64,000 nt of DNA from NCBI RefSeq assembly GCF_004010195.1, contig NC_057719.1, forward strand, positions 6,215,054 through 6,279,053, read 5' to 3'. Position 1 is the first letter of the stretch. Every line of letters begins with the position of its first letter. The position numbers were made by a program, and so were the translations under genes. Positions 37,201-51,627 of the stretch are shown piece by piece. Under the pieces are notes generated by a model, which did no database searches, was not told the origin of the DNA, and worked only from the letters and a program-made list of their open reading frames with translations. The stretch comes from Chiloscyllium plagiosum. Lineage: Eukaryota.

Positions 37201-38675
37201 TTTGAAGAAATCCCGACAGTCCTGACCGGAACTTTTTTATAGGTTTTAAAATCCATTGTGATGTGGAACAACAGGAACTGGGATGGTCGGCTGGTGTGGA
37301 ACAGGAGATGTTGTAAATGGTGGTGAAATGGAGCATAAGGGAGGGAAAGGGCAATCTGAGAAACTGAATAGTTTGAAACGAGATGAGAGAGGGCTTTGTG
37401 CCAACTGAAGACAATTAAAGTAAGCTCAAATTTTGATGCAGGGCTTTTATCCAATCAATTCTTGAAAAAGTATCAAAAGTTTTTCACTTCCACTGGCTGA
37501 CTCTGAGTAGCCATTGCCAGCATGCATCACTGTGACATTTGGCTCTTTCTGCGCGTAAAAAGTGAGGCGCGTTTTCACGTGTATCCTGAGCTAGCAATTT
37601 CTCTCTTTGTCCCCTGACCTTGGTTCGGGCATTTGCGAACCTTGACACCATGCTGAGAATGTAAACTTCCTCTGGGTCCTGGGGTGTAATAAATTTGATC
37701 AGTCTGAGCTGGTTCTCTGCGGATTAAGTAACCCCAGCTTGGTGTTTACTGGCAATTTTTGAGGTGGCACTGGGTCTTGCTGGGTCATGAAAGGGTGTGA
37801 ATAAAGGAACAGTGGACAGTGTGTTTAATTAGTATTTCAGCATCCCTTACCTCATCTGGCACTATGAGCTTATTGTCTTGTAATTCCCAGCATACACTTT
37901 CCTTCACATTAGCAAGAAGAGAACTCTTTTGGGGAGGCGATGACCTAGTGATATTATTGCTGGACTGTTAATCTAGAGACCCAGGTAACCTTCTGGGGAG
38001 CTGGATGTGAATCCTGCTGTGGTGGAATTTAATTTCAATAAAACAACAAATCTGGAATTAAGAGTCTAATGATGACCACAAATCCATCGTCGATTGTCAG
38101 GAAAAAAACATCCTTGAGGGGAGGAAGCTGCTATCCTTACCTGGTCTGGCCTACATGTGACTCCAGACCCACAGCAATGTGTTGGCACTTACCTGCCCCC
38201 TGGGCAGTTAGGTATGGGCAATAACTGGTTAGCAATACCCACATCCTGTGAATGAATACAAAAAAAAATTGACACTTGCTATTAAAAAGGGGAGATAAAG
38301 GACGCTGAAGCAGTTAGCATCAAGGCAGAAACTTGCTACAGAACGTTTTCATTTACTCCTATTTATTCTCTAAGCTATATCTGTCCAGATGGAGCTTCTC
38401 ATGACTAAGTAACGTAAAGGCACAGATGTTGATCCAGAACCATTGTTATTTATTTTCTGAGATTTTCCTCCTTTTGCTGCAAGGGTTCGGCCCAGTCAGC
38501 AGTGCAGCAATGCAGGGCACTGATCAGTGAAGTTTTCATTGACTTAGAGTAAGTTGTCCTTGACTATTATGAATGACTTTCATGGCATTTACTGTGATTC
38601 ACTGTCAGTTTATCTGATGAGTCCATACTTTAAAAAGCAGGGCTGCCAAATAATATTGATTTCTGCTGCCTGCAG

Positions 38676-38784
38676 GATTGGATTGGCTCAGTAATCAAAG
38701 CTTCCGCACTGAAGATGCCCTGCAACTGCACCATCGTATCGTGGGCGATGCAGCAGACACAACCCAGGGGTCACCCCAGGCAAG
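38676..38784 (+). CDS. NRDE2: NRDE2 coding exon 2 (LDWLSNQSFRTEDALQLHHR...SPQA)
   Basis: Acceptor ctgcag|GA. LDWLSNxSF motif of NRDE2. Donor CAAG|gtacag, phase 2. Confidence 0.9.
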
Positions 38785-39529
38785 GTACAGAGCCCCACCC
38801 GTTCACCCTCGACATTGCTTCTTCCCTCCCTCTCCCTCTTTGTATATTAATTTGAACTTTACCTTTCAATTTCAAAGTCTATCCACCTCTCTCTCTCTTT
38901 CTGTCCATCCGTCTTTAATAGCCGTCGAAATCTTTATCTTTATTACATTTTTGTTCTATAACTCCTTCTTTATATCTCTAACTCTAATCCTCCATCTGCT
39001 GCAAAACTTTGATTTATTGATTGGGTGTTTACTGCAGTACAGGGATATGCCAATCTCCAGTGCTGAGTGACATGGCCTTTGGGACGTAATTTTAAAAGTT
39101 TATTTGAACTGTGGTATGTTTAATACAGTGTGAAAATATTGTACCAGAGCAGTTTTGTTCTGAAATGATTTTTATCTGCTGCACCAGGTTCAAATTAAGT
39201 GGTTTCTATCAGTCTGCTTTCCTTGACAGTGTCTAAAGGCTCCGTTAAAAGTGCCTGAGCATTCCCTTGGATTAGAAAGGAAGGTACTTTAAAGATATTG
39301 TTCAGTTCAGTGCTGAGCTACAGGTAGTAAAGGCTGTCAGGTTTAATCTCTGCACATACTATATAGTTGGCCTCAGCACCACTGATTACAGGTGACTAGG
39401 AGAACAACTGTCTTCTGAGATTTCTTTATTTCTCCAGCGCTGGCCCACCTGCATGTTTCCTAGAAATTAGGACCACGGCAAGGACTTTATCTTAATTCCC
39501 GCCATACAGTTCTCTCTTCTCTTTGAAGA

Positions 39530-42500
39530 ATTAGAGTCATAGAGATGTACAGCATGGAAACAGACCCATCAGTCCAACTCGTCCATGCCGACCAGATATC
39601 CTAACTTAATCTAGTCCCATTTGCCAGCACCCAGCCCATATCCTTCTGAACACTTCCTATTCATATACCCATCCAGATACCTTTTAAATGTTGCAATTGT
39701 ACCACTTCCTCTGGTAGCTCACTCTACTAATGTACCACCCTGTGTGAAAAAGTTGGGTCCTTTCCAATCAATCCTCTCTCTCCTTAAATCTATGCCCTCT
39801 CGTTTTGCACTTACCGACCCTGGGACAAGACCGTATCAATTTATCCTATCCATGCCCCTCATGATTTTATAAATCACTGTACAGTCACCCCTCATCCTCC
39901 AGCGCTCCGGGGAAAACAGCCCCAGCCTGTTCAACCTCTCCCTATAGCTCAAATCTTCCAATCCTAGCAACGTCCTTGTAAATTGTTTCTGAACCCTTTC
40001 AAGTTTCGCATCATCCTTCCAATAGGAGGGAGACCAGAATTGCACACAATATTCCAACAGTGGCCTAACCAATGTCCTGTACTGCTGTGACATGACCTCC
40101 CAACTCCTGGACTCAATACTCAGACCAATAAAGGAAAGCATACCAAGCGCCTCCTCCATTATCCTATCTACCTGCGACTCCACTTTCAACGAACTATGAA
40201 TTGACACTCCAAGATCTCTTTGCTCAGCAACACTGCCCATGACCTTACCATTAAGTGCATACGTCCTGCTCTAATTTGCCTTTCCAAAATGCAGCACCTC
40301 ATATTTGCCTAAACTAAATTCCATCTGCCACTCCTCAGCCCATTGGCCCATCTGATCAAGATCCCATTGTACTCTGAGGTAACCTTCTTTGTTGTCCACT
40401 CTACCTCCAATTTTGGTGTCATAGAAGATAAGAACTCTGGGCAGGAGTAGGCCGTCTGGCCTCATTGAGCCTGCTCCGCCATTCAATAAGATCATGGCTG
40501 ATCCTTTCGTGGACTCAGCTTCACTTACCCGCATTTTCACCATATCCCTTATTTCCTTTACTTTTCAAAAAAGTATGTCTTAGCTTTAAAGGCGATTCCT
40601 GAAGTAGCGTCAACTCCTTCACGGGGCAGGGAATTCCATAATTAACAACCCTCTGGGTGAAGAGGTTCCTTCTCCGTTCAGTTCGAAACCGGCTTCCTCC
40701 AATCTTGAGGCCATGCCCTCTTGTCCTAGTTTCACCTAGCAGTGAAAACATCTTATCTATTTCTATTTTATCAATTCCCTTAATAATTTTTAATGTTTCT
40801 GTAAGGTCCCCCCTGAATTCCAATGAATATAATCCCAGTCTACTCAATCTCTCCTTGTAAGCCAACCCTCTCCACTCCGGAATCAACCCAGTGAGCCTCC
40901 TCTGCACCCCCTGTAGTGCCAGTCCATCCTTTCTCAGGTAAGGAGACCAAACCTGCATGCAGTACTCCAGGTGGGGCCTCACCAGCACCCTGTACAGCTG
41001 CAACACAACCTCCCTGCTTTTAAACTTTTCATTATAACTCTTTTTGTGGCTTTCTGCCTCTCCACTCCGGAATCAACCCAGTGAGCCTCCTCTGCACCCC
41101 CTGTAGTGCCAGTCCATCCTTTCTCAAGTAAGGAGACCAAACCTGCATGCAGTACTCCAGGTGTGGCCTCACCAGCACCCTGTACAGCTGCAACACAACC
41201 TCCCTGCTTTTAAACTTTTCTTTATAACTCTTTTTGTAGCTTTCTGTTGACCTTTAAAGTTTTCCTAATCTTCAAGATTCCTGCTGTTTTTGGTCACTTT
41301 GTCTGCCTTCTCTTTCACTTTGATAGCCTGCCTTATTTCCTTCAACACCCGTGGCAGATTACCCCTCCTCTTCCAGCCCTTCCTTCTCACTGGAATGTAC
41401 TTTTACTGAGCGCTTTGAAAAATTTTTTTGAAGGTCCTCCATTGCTCGTCAACTGTTGCACCATAAAGTCTCTGTTTCCAGTCTCCTTTAGCCTGGTCCT
41501 CCCTCATTCTATCCTAGTCCCCCTTAGTCTGGTAATGGATTTTATCTTCACACTATCCAGCCATATTTTAAGTTCAACCATACTGCGATCACTCCTTCCA
41601 AGATGATCCCTAACAATGAGGTAATTAATTATTCCTGTCTCATTACACATGACCAGATCTACGATAGCTTGCTCCCTCGTCGGTTCCATACTGTTCAAGA
41701 AAACTAACGCGGATACACTCAACAAACTCCTCCTCAAGGCTACCTTGACTGAGCTGATTCAACCAATCGGCATGTGAATTAAAATCCCCCAGGATAATAG
41801 CTGTACCGTTTTTGCAGGCATTAGTTATTTCCTTGTTTATTGCCCGCCCTGATGTGATGTTACTATTTGGTGGCCTTTAGACTATAACTATCAATGACGT
41901 TTTCTTTTTGGAATTTCTAATTTCCACCCAAATGGTTTTGACCTCCTGCTCTGTAGAATCTGTTTCATCTCTCAGCACTGCCCTGATGTCGTTCTTGAAT
42001 ATCAGAGCTACATCACCTCCCTTGCATTCCTGTCTGTCCTTCCGAATAGTCTGCTACCCCTTGGATATTTAATTCCCAGTCGTGACCATTCTGCAACCAT
42101 GTCTCCATGATGGCTCCCAAATCATATTTGTTCATGATGCTTTGTGCCGTTAACTCATCAACCTTGTTCTGACTGCTGCGAGCTTTCAGGTAAAGTGCCT
42201 TTCTTACCGTCATGATTCACAACATCTCTAATATCTCCTGAGCTATCTCCACACCTCCCCCCTGTCCCATCTGTACAGATTGTCCCCCGCCCCAGTTCCA
42301 AAACTGATGCCAATGTCCCATGAAATGGAATCCCTCTTTCCCACACAATTCCCTTAGCTGTGTTCCCTAATTTTCTTGACTAAGCCAGTTTACATGTGGC
42401 TCAGGCAGTAATCCGGAGATTATGACCCTCGAGGACCTGTTCCTTAATGTCGTTCCGAGTGCTCGATAACCCCCAACCAGATCCTCCTTCCTGTTCCTTG

Positions 42501-42960
42501 CCTATGTTGTTCGTCCCAGTATAGACTACAACAACTGGATCCTCCCCCTCTAGCTCTAGTATCCTTTCAAGCCGGTCAGAGATGTTCTGCACCGGGCAGG
42601 CAACACCCCATGCAGGACCCCCGATCCAGCTTGCATAGGCTACTATCTGTCCCCCCTCATTCTCAAATCCCCTATAACTACCATCTGTCTTTTTGCTCCC
42701 CTCTCTTCAATGGCCTTCTACAACATGGTGCCATGGACTGTTGGCTCATCCTCCCCGCAGCCCTTTTCCTCACCCACACAGGGAGCAAGCACCTCATACC
42801 TGTTGGATGAGGTAAAAAGGTCATCTGCAAACTTACTAACTCTACCTGCTATGTTCACATTCAAATCGTTTATATATATATGACAAAAAGCAGCGGACCC
42901 GGCACCGATCCTTGTGGCACACGACTGGTCACAGGCCTCCAATCTGAAAGGTTCTTCAGT
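39530..42960 (-). mobile_element. Stacked CR1 LINEs: HER1 3' part to ~40420, then a second, internally deleted copy with EN and ORF1 remnants
   Basis: ORFs 39836..40240 and 40521..41006; EN motifs (ETWL, DLV, SDR); ORF1 VVVYTGTNNI. Confidence 0.88.
40867..41246. repeat. 190-bp tandem duplication
   Basis: 40867-41056 and 41057-41246; four substitutions seen. Confidence 0.92.
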
Positions 42961-44059
42961 CAAATTTGTCTCCATGCTATGAGCAAGGAAAGGTTTTTGG
43001 TTTTCTTCCCAATCTGCCGAATGTGAGGAGTTTCTGCCTTGTTGCTCACTACACTGTTAGCATATTGAATGCTGCTGAGCTCCTTCGTCCAGCTCCTCTC
43101 TCCACACAGCGTCTGCTTAAGTGCAATCTGTTCTTCAAATCAATCTCATTTTGGCATGCATGCAAACAGAGTTTAATCCCTTAAATGTCCACATTCCCAT
43201 GGGGATTCCCGATTCCAGTGATCTTCCATCTGATCCTGTCAAAGAAGGAATTGGGCCTGATGTTTCATTGAGCAGGATAATGCGCTCTTGGCTCTGTGAC
43301 AAGGAGGAGAGACAGAAAGGTTTCTCGCTTGACTGGGGAGCAGGATCGAGTGCACCACAGTACTCCTTGATGCATCCTTCACGCCTCCTTAACTTCTTTC
43401 GAAGTTACTGCCAGATAAATAATAGCAGGGAAGCAAGATTGCTGTACACGTTTTGACCTTTTTTTGGCAGTTCTCTCTGGTGTTTGTTTATCTTCTGTTC
43501 TGTGTGTGAATCAAAGTTTTATTTGAGAAGTAGCCCTACCAGGAGCAAATCCCCCTACCCACCCATATCTCTATACATAGAGTTTTTTAAAAAAAATTGT
43601 CCACGAGATGTGGTTATCACTGGCATTCTGCTATTTTTTTGCCCTTGAGATAATAGTGTGAGCTGCTTTCTTGAACCGCTGCAGGGCAGATGGTATAAGT
43701 CCAGCTCCAGTACTATTCCCTTTCTCTCTTGTGTTTGTTACTGGCACCAGTTAGAGTGGTGTATCCTGCTGATTGTGGCCAGTTGCTAAGGGAGTGTTGT
43801 GCTCTCTTCCTCCCCTGTCACTCTGTGAGGAATCGCCTGGGCTTTTCACTGTTAGAGAATGACCCAGGATTGTTACTGCACCAGGCCCACCTGTGTCCCA
43901 TCACCTCATGAGGTTTCAGAAAGAGTGCTTAATGTGGGTGCTCCTACATGAGATAACGGGGGGGGACTCCCTTGGATCAGGATTCAGTGGGATTGATGGG
44001 TGCGGCAGTCACTTAGGATCCTCATAGCACCACAACGCAACGTGGGAGAACATTATGAA

Positions 44060-44402
44060 TCATAGAATCCCTGCAGTGTGGAAGCAGGCCATTCGGCCCA
44101 TCTAGAACTTACTGACCCTCCAAAGAGATTCCCATTTAGAGCTACCCTGTCTCTGTAACCCTGCATTCCTCATGGCTAACCCACCTAGCCTGCACATCTC
44201 TAGTTGCTATGCGCAGTTTAGTATGGCCAATCCACCCTAACCTGCACATCTTGGGACTGTGGGAGGAAACCGGAGCACCCGGAGGAAACCCATGCAGTCA
44301 CAGGGAGAATGTGCAAATTCCACAGTTGCCCGAGGCTGGAATCGAACCTGAGCCTTTGATGCTGCAAGGCAGCACTGCTAACTACTGAGCCACTGTGCTG
44401 CC
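44060..44402 (-). mobile_element. HE1-type SINE
   Basis: Same head, core and tail as 34785-35100. Confidence 0.85.
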
Positions 44403-45852
44403 CATCCGATGTATTGAACATGAGGCATGTTAAGTACACCAGATGGTCTATTTAGTCGTCTTCTACAACAGGAAACCTACCATTTAGCTGCTTTAATTAG
44501 TCCAAAATCCTAGCTTTAACCATACTTCCTAGTAGCTCATACCAGCTGTTGTAGTATTGTAAAGAATTCATGTACATTCGCTGGCTCGTAGTGTGAACGG
44601 TTCTCTGGCTGATTAAAGCAGTTGGTTGTGATGTGAGTGCCCCTTCCAGGACCATAACCATCTTTGTGCCAGCCAATAAGGTGGCCATTCCTGTGCTGTA
44701 AGAGGGTTGTGTGGGTTCTCCAGCTTCTATGACAGGAGGTCACCCCCACATACACGCTGGAAATGACAACTCCACCGAATGTCAGCCCCGAATTCCGAGC
44801 TAGATCTGTCTGAACAGGATTTGAAGATGGCGCGAAGCTAAAGGTTTGTTCCGTCCCAGTGTCTACTCTGTCCTTGTTGCCTAGGTGAGTCTACAGGTTT
44901 TGTTTCATTTTTACACTCTGTCTCCATCCTAATTACCTAATGCATATACCCCTGCAAGGTTGCCTCCTGACAACTCTACAACACAACATGTGGATGCTCT
45001 TCACCTCCTCTGCTCATCACTGTGTAGTCTGGGACAGTGCCACAAGGGTATTGTAGAAAAACATGGCTTTAGAAGACTTCAGTCAGCCCAGGATGTGGTA
45101 TCAAAACCCGTTCATGTTGAAATGTTGAGTAGCTATCACTGAGGATGACCTGAATCTCTGGGTTCGAATAATGTTGATTCAATCCCAGTGCTACTTTGAG
45201 TTTGAGATTTTAATCTGTATGCCATCTCGGCTGTTGTGGCAGAATATCTTGAAGTGCCATTGTAGAAGAAGACAGTTACCTTGTTTGTCTCATGATACTC
45301 GAATGATTATTTATCTTCAGGGGTCGTGGTTTGAATACTGAACTTGCTACTGCTTTGAGTAGTTGCAGTGAATAACAGCTGAATTCAAGGAGAAGCTGAT
45401 GAAGTAGAAATGTGAGTAGCTTATGGTCCGAAGTGTTGGAAGTGAGAGGAGACTGCTGTGGAGGAGAAGCACTGACGTAAGCTGAAAGGCAGCTTTCCTT
45501 GCTGTATGTTTATGGAGACAGCCTTTAATCATCCTGGTGCTCAGTACTTTCATGCTTTGAGATGTGGGTAATGATGATAAGTCCAACATTTGTTGCCTTC
45601 AGTGGCTTACTAGGCCATTTCCCAGTTAAAGGTCAACCACATTGCTGTGAATCTGAAAGTCACGTTCTGGATGACCAGGCAAGGGCAATAGGTTTCCCTC
45701 CCTAAAGGGCATTAGTGAATCAGATCTATTGATTAAATTAATTATTATTACTGTGATTAGCTTCCAATTGCAGATTTTTTGGATTAATTTATTGAATTAA
45801 ATTCCACTAGCAGCATTGGGTGGGATTTGAACCTGTCTCCTCGGAGCAATAG

Positions 45853-46060
45853 TTGAGAGTGTGGTGCTGGAAAAACAGAGCAGGTCAGGCAGCATCCGAG
45901 GAGAAGGAAAATCACGTTTCAATCATAAGCCCTTCAGGTGCCTGAAACATCCGAAATGTCAATTCTCCTGCTGCTCAGATGCTGCCTGACCTGCTGTGCT
46001 TTTCCAGCACCACACTCTCGACTCTAATCTCCAGCATCTGCAGTCCTCACTTTCTCCCCA
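45853..46060. mobile_element. Fold-back family A PLE-type insertion
   Basis: gagagtgtggtgctggaaaa...ttttccagcaccacactctc inverted arms; GCAATAG on both flanks. Confidence 0.75.
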
Positions 46061-47217
46061 ATGCAATAGCCTGGGTATCTGAATTACAACATTATTAGAC
46101 ATGGCAGCAATGCCATCCTGTACCCTGATGTTCCATGGTCAATAACCAATTGTAGAAATTCACCTCTCAGCCAGACATGAGGGTGGGGGTAGGGAGAGAG
46201 ATCTCCCTGGTGGTGGAGATATTTGGGAACCACATCTAGAGATCCTGATAGAGACACCACAAACTTACACACATTCAGAAAGATGCCTTTTGGCCTGGGC
46301 TATCAGGTCTCCAATAGGGTTGGAGAATCTTTTACTCTGAGCAGACTGAAAAGTAACCATTTTGTCTAAGCAACCAGTTTGCTTCAATTGAAACTCAAAG
46401 ACAACTTGTCACCTAAAGCACTTTATAATGCTTCATGTGGATTTGGCGATTTTTGTTTCTGTGCAGGTTTGTTGTTACCTAACGGCTAACATATCCAGAG
46501 AGCGTAGCTGCCTTTCCCACTGTCACTTTCAGCTGTGTGTGTGTGGCATCTCGGGACCCTCTTTGAATAACATGTTGATGGATGGACCTTAATTCATCCT
46601 CTGTAATTGTCAAAAGTTACAGTTGTTGTAATGATTTGGTATCATGTGTTCTGTATTTTCTACATATCTGCTCACACGAGGTTTCCCTGTACATTCAGCA
46701 GCAGTGTCTGAGTTGGAATTACGAATAATGAGTTTTCATTTTCTTAAGGATAACTTGCTTTTTTTTTTGAGGCATACATTTTTAAGTATACTCTGTCATC
46801 TATTTCACCAGTAAAGGAACAAAGCACTGAATAAAAAGGATCTTTTTTTCACAAAGGCCTTTATGGCTCAATACGTAAAGAAAGAGCGTACGTTTCTGAG
46901 CCACTTTATCGAACCTGCCAAAACACATGACAGCCAATGGCGTACTTTTTCTTACAGATCAGCCAGCTGGGGATGAGGGCTGAACTACACCCTGTCCTGT
47001 GCCAGCATCCTGCTCCCTCTGCTTACTGGACTTCTCATCTGGGCAGGACGGGCATGCAAGAGTGAGAGAAAGGAAGGGAAACTGAGCGAGAGGGGGGAGT
47101 TGGGAGATTGGGGCGAGGGAAATGGGGCTGCAGAAGTGCGGAGTGAATGTCTATCTTAAGGTAGGTGCAACTAATGATTAAATGCCATTTTAATGTGGCC
47201 TTGCCCTGCTCTTTCAG

Positions 47218-47406
47218 TGATCATTCAGGGATATCTGGGGGAGTTTTGGATCGAGGCGCACAAGATGCACCGGCCAAAAAAAAGAAGAAAAAGAAGAAAC
47301 ATCGGCAGCACAGAAAGGAAAAGAGGAAGGACAGAGCGATTCACACCGACAGCGAATCTGATCCTGAACTCTTCCGACATAAAGACACGGAGACTCCTGC
47401 AGAGAG
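47218..47406 (+). CDS. NRDE2: NRDE2 coding exon 3, Lys/Arg-rich (KKKKKKKKHRQHRKEKRK...TDSESD)
   Basis: Acceptor ctttcag|T and donor GAGAG|gtaatt; phases 2/2 fit the neighbours. Basic tract and TDSE acidic patch resemble human NRDE2. Confidence 0.88.
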
Positions 47407-47844
47407 GTAATTAGCATTGCTTTCCTTTGCTGAGTCTGTACACAGCACCAAGACAGCTTGAGCCAAGGGGGTTGGGATGGCTGGATTTCTGATTATCTTT
47501 AATAATGAGCATTAGTAATAGAATGAGGCCATTTAGCCCTTTGAGCCAGTTCTGCCATCCACTTGAATCCTGGTTAAACCTATACCTCCATTCTCTCAGA
47601 GCCTATCCTGTGCCTCATTTTATAAAAAAAAAGCTATCAAACTTAGACTTGAGCCACAGCCTCTTCTGGGTGAGGCAAAAAAACTTACAGATTTCCATTT
47701 TGTGTAGAAAATCTGCTTTCTGATTTTATTTTTGAATAATCCAGCTCCAGTTTTGAGACAGTGTTCTCCTGACCTGACTTTTCCCAGGCCTGGAAAATAG
47801 CTAATCTGTGAGTACTCTGTTTGTGTGATTGGAACATTTTGGAA

Positions 47845-49580
47845 TCATAGAAGCATACAGTAAAGTGGAAGCCATTTGGTCCATTGAATATGTATTGACA
47901 AAACAGCTCTCAATCTGCAGTAGCCCAACTTGGCAGCAATAGGCCCATAGCCTTGAATGTTGTGATACTTCAAGTGTTCAACCAAGTACTTTAGAAAGAC
48001 TGTGGGGTTTCCCATCTCAACTACCCTCCCAGGCAGTGCATTCCAGATTCCCACCACCTTCTGTGTGAAAATGCTTCCTCAACTGCCCTCAAACCTCTTG
48101 CCTTTCACTTGAAATAATGCCCCCTTGTCATTGACCTTTCATCTAAAGGGAACAGCTAATTTCTATCCAGCCTGTCCATGCCACCCCCATCATCTTTTAC
48201 ACCTCAAACAGACTCTCAACCTTCTCTACTCCAGAGAAAACAACCCGAGCTTATCCAGCCTCCCTTCACAGCTGAAATGCTCCATCCCATGCAGCATCCT
48301 GGTGAACCTCCTCTGCAAACCTTTCAATGCAATCACATCCTTGCAATAAAATGTGGTGACCAGAACTGTGCGCAGTTCCCCAGTTGTGGCCTAACTAAAG
48401 TTTTATACAACTCCAACATAATTTCCCTGCTCTTATAATCTAAACAATGACTGATAAAGGCAAGTGTCCTGTATCCTGCCTTAACTAACTTATTAACCTG
48501 TCCCGCCACCTTCAGAGATCTGTGGACAAACAGCCCAAGATCCCTCTGTTCCTCTGAGCTTCCTAGTGTCCTGCCATTCATTGACCTTTGTCGTGGAAGA
48601 GTGAGAGAAAGGAGGGGACGGAAAGGTGATATGGAGGGGGGTGCAGGGAGATAGGAAGGGTCACCTGACCCGGAATGTTAATTTTGATTTCTCTTCACAG
48701 ATGCTGCCAGACCTGTTGAGGTTTTCCAACAATTTCTGTTTTTTTTGTTTCTGATTTTCCACATCCGCAGTTCTTTCAGTTTTTACCCTGGATCCCATGT
48801 GCTTTTATCTTCTTTATCAGTCTCCCATTTGGAACTTTGTCAAAGGCTTTGCTGAATTCCATATAATCTACGTCAATGGCCCTGTCCTCGTCAGCACATC
48901 TGGTCACCTCCAAAAAACATTCATTCAGGTTTGTTAGGCATGAACTGTCTCTAACAAAGCCATGCTATCTCCAATCAAACCGTGCCTCATCAGAATTTTC
49001 TCCAATAGTTTTCCTTCTCATTGGTCTGTAATTCCTTGGATTATCTCTACCATCCTCCTTGAAAAAATGGAGTCTCATTAGCTGCCTTCCAGTTCTTTGG
49101 CATCTGCCCTGTGGTCAGACAGAAATTTAAAAAATTGAGTCAAAACCCCTGTAATTTCCTTCCTCGTCTCTGACAGCAGCCCAGGATACAACCCATCCAC
49201 ACCTGGGGATTTGTCCACATTTAAGCTCTCTCCCAATGTCAAAACTGCTCAGAACCTCGTAGTCCCTCTTCCCAAATTCTGTACCAACATCCTGTTTCTG
49301 CATGGTGAAAACAGATGTGAAGTATTCGTTTAACACCATACCCATGTCCTCCTGCTCCTGCACAGAGTGGCCCTTGGTTCCTAATGGGCCCTACTCCTCC
49401 CCTGGTTATCTTCTTTCCTTTCATATCTTTCCAGAATATCTCGGGGTTCTCCTTACCTGCCAGTGGATTTTCACACTCCCTCTTTGCTTTCTTAAGCTCC
49501 CTCCTACATTTTCTACACTCTAGTTGAGCCTCTGTCAATTTGCTCTTTCTGCACCGGCTAAAAGCCCCTCTTTTTCTTGA
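47845..49580 (-). mobile_element. Decayed CR1 LINE
   Basis: NGRTLGSSEEQRDLG and LNEYFTSVFT motifs. Confidence 0.85.
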
Positions 49581-51627
49581 CCATCTAAAGTCAAGAGAGA
49601 AGACTTATGTTTGTGCAGTCTGTCCTTAATCTAACTCTCTAAACACTAGCATTATTCGCACTGGTGGAAGTGCTGTTTCTCTCCTTTCATACCACAGATC
49701 CTTGCTGAAGTTCATTGCTCAGAGCCGAAGGCATTCAGCATTTAGGTGGGGTAAGCTATTGAAAAAATTCAACAGGTAGATTTTAATTTGGTAAAAGGAA
49801 GCAAGAGCAAAGGCGATGTTTTAAAATTCGAGCTAGACTGTTTGCACAGTGTGAGGGAGAGATTTTTGTTGGTTGAAGAGGTAACGAGTTATGGATCTAA
49901 CAATGAACTTTTTGAATAGCAGAACAGGATCAGGAGGCTGAATGGCCTGTGCCTCTTTTTTTTTTGGTCTCTTTCAAATTGGAAGGAATGTGTCAGCATG
50001 TTGCTGGCTTTCCTCTCTGCCATGTCCAGATATGGCTATTTTTTTGCAGTGTTCCCCAGATGATAGACATCTGATATTGGTCAAGCCTTCCACACAGTTA
50101 GGGAAGGCAATGGAATTCTAACATTTTGACTTGTCTTGCAGGAGGTTGCTCACAGGAGGACTGGGTTTTCTGTAGCCCTGGATACAGATGTCAGCCCTCT
50201 GTACCTCGAGTGTAGTAGAGTGTAATAGAGTGCAGACAGGTATAGCTACTAAAGGTTTGAATTGTTCCCCTGTCCCGGGCCTACATGTTAAATGGTGAAA
50301 GTGGCTGAGTGATCCCAGGCCAGTATCCGTGCTGCTGTTTGCTGGTTGCTTGGAGTTTTTCTGGGAATGAATGGTGGCAATATCATCAAGAACAATTGAA
50401 ATTGGGTGTCAGAGCAGTTCTAGGTACATCCATCAGACGTTTAACAAATTTAAAATCACTTATATACATTGGATACATTAGATTTCCACTTGAAGTAAAA
50501 ACAGACACAGGCAGACCCTCTTTTCATCAGTACCACTTCATACTGTCTCAAGGTTGGCTACTTTTAGCTGTCAACGCTATCTCAAAAGTTGAAGAAGAAT
50601 CTGTATCAGAAACACTGGGCTTGTTGCAGTGTTCAGACATGAGGTAAAATGTGAGTAAATGAGAGGTTATCAATTTCCTCGCAAAACAGGAGGGTAGATT
50701 CTTTTCTGAATGGCAATAGATTGGGAAAGGTTGAGGTGCAATGTGTCTTAGATATCTTTCTACACCAGTCATAGCAAGGAAGTATGCAGGTAAAGAAGGC
50801 AAATGGTTGGCCTTCATAGCGAGAGTGTTTGATTACAGGGCCTTGATGAGACCACATTTAGAATATTGTGTGCAGGTTTGGTCTCCATAACCAGAACATC
50901 ATTCCTCAGATAAGGAGGGAGTGCATCAAAGACTGGTTCCTGGGATGGCAGGCCTGATGTATTGAGAGAGACTGGATCGGTTAGGAATATATTCACTCAA
51001 GTTTAGAAGAATGAGGTGTGATGTCAAACCTATAAATGTCTGACAGACACAGGAAAGAAGTTCCCGATGACTGGGGAACCCAGAACCAGGGGTCGCAGTC
51101 TATGGATACTGGGTCATTTAGGACTGGGATGAGGAGAATTTTCTTTTCTTTACCCAGAGAGCGGTGAGCCAGTGGAATTCTCTGCTACAGTATGTGGTTG
51201 AGGCCAAAGCGTTGAATGTTTTCAAGGAGTTAGATATAGCTCTTGGGACTAAAAGGATCAAGGGAGCAAACAGGAACAGGGCACTGAGTTGGTTGGTCAG
51301 CTGTTCTCATGTTGAATAGTAGAGTCTTAGCTGAGTTAGCTGGGTTGGCTGGTTTGTGGAGCAGTGCTACCAACAGCATGGGTTCATTTCATACACACAG
51401 GGCTGATGTTAGCTCGAGAGTCTCTTCTTCTCAATCTCTTTCCTCGCTTGAGGCCTGGTGACACTCTGGTTAAACTACCACCAGTCTCTTTCAATTGACA
51501 GAAACACTGTGGTCCTGGGATAATAGTGGCTTTTAGGCTTGGAGGACCAATTGGCCTCCTGCCCCAATGTGCTTTGACCATTTCACAGATTCTGTTCAAT
51601 AACCAGGATCATATTGTTATTTTGCAG

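Noticed and set aside
44470..44690. Harbinger transposase remnant on the minus strand
   Set aside because: Only a vague resemblance (YNS...GRF); no catalytic motifs or terminal repeats found.
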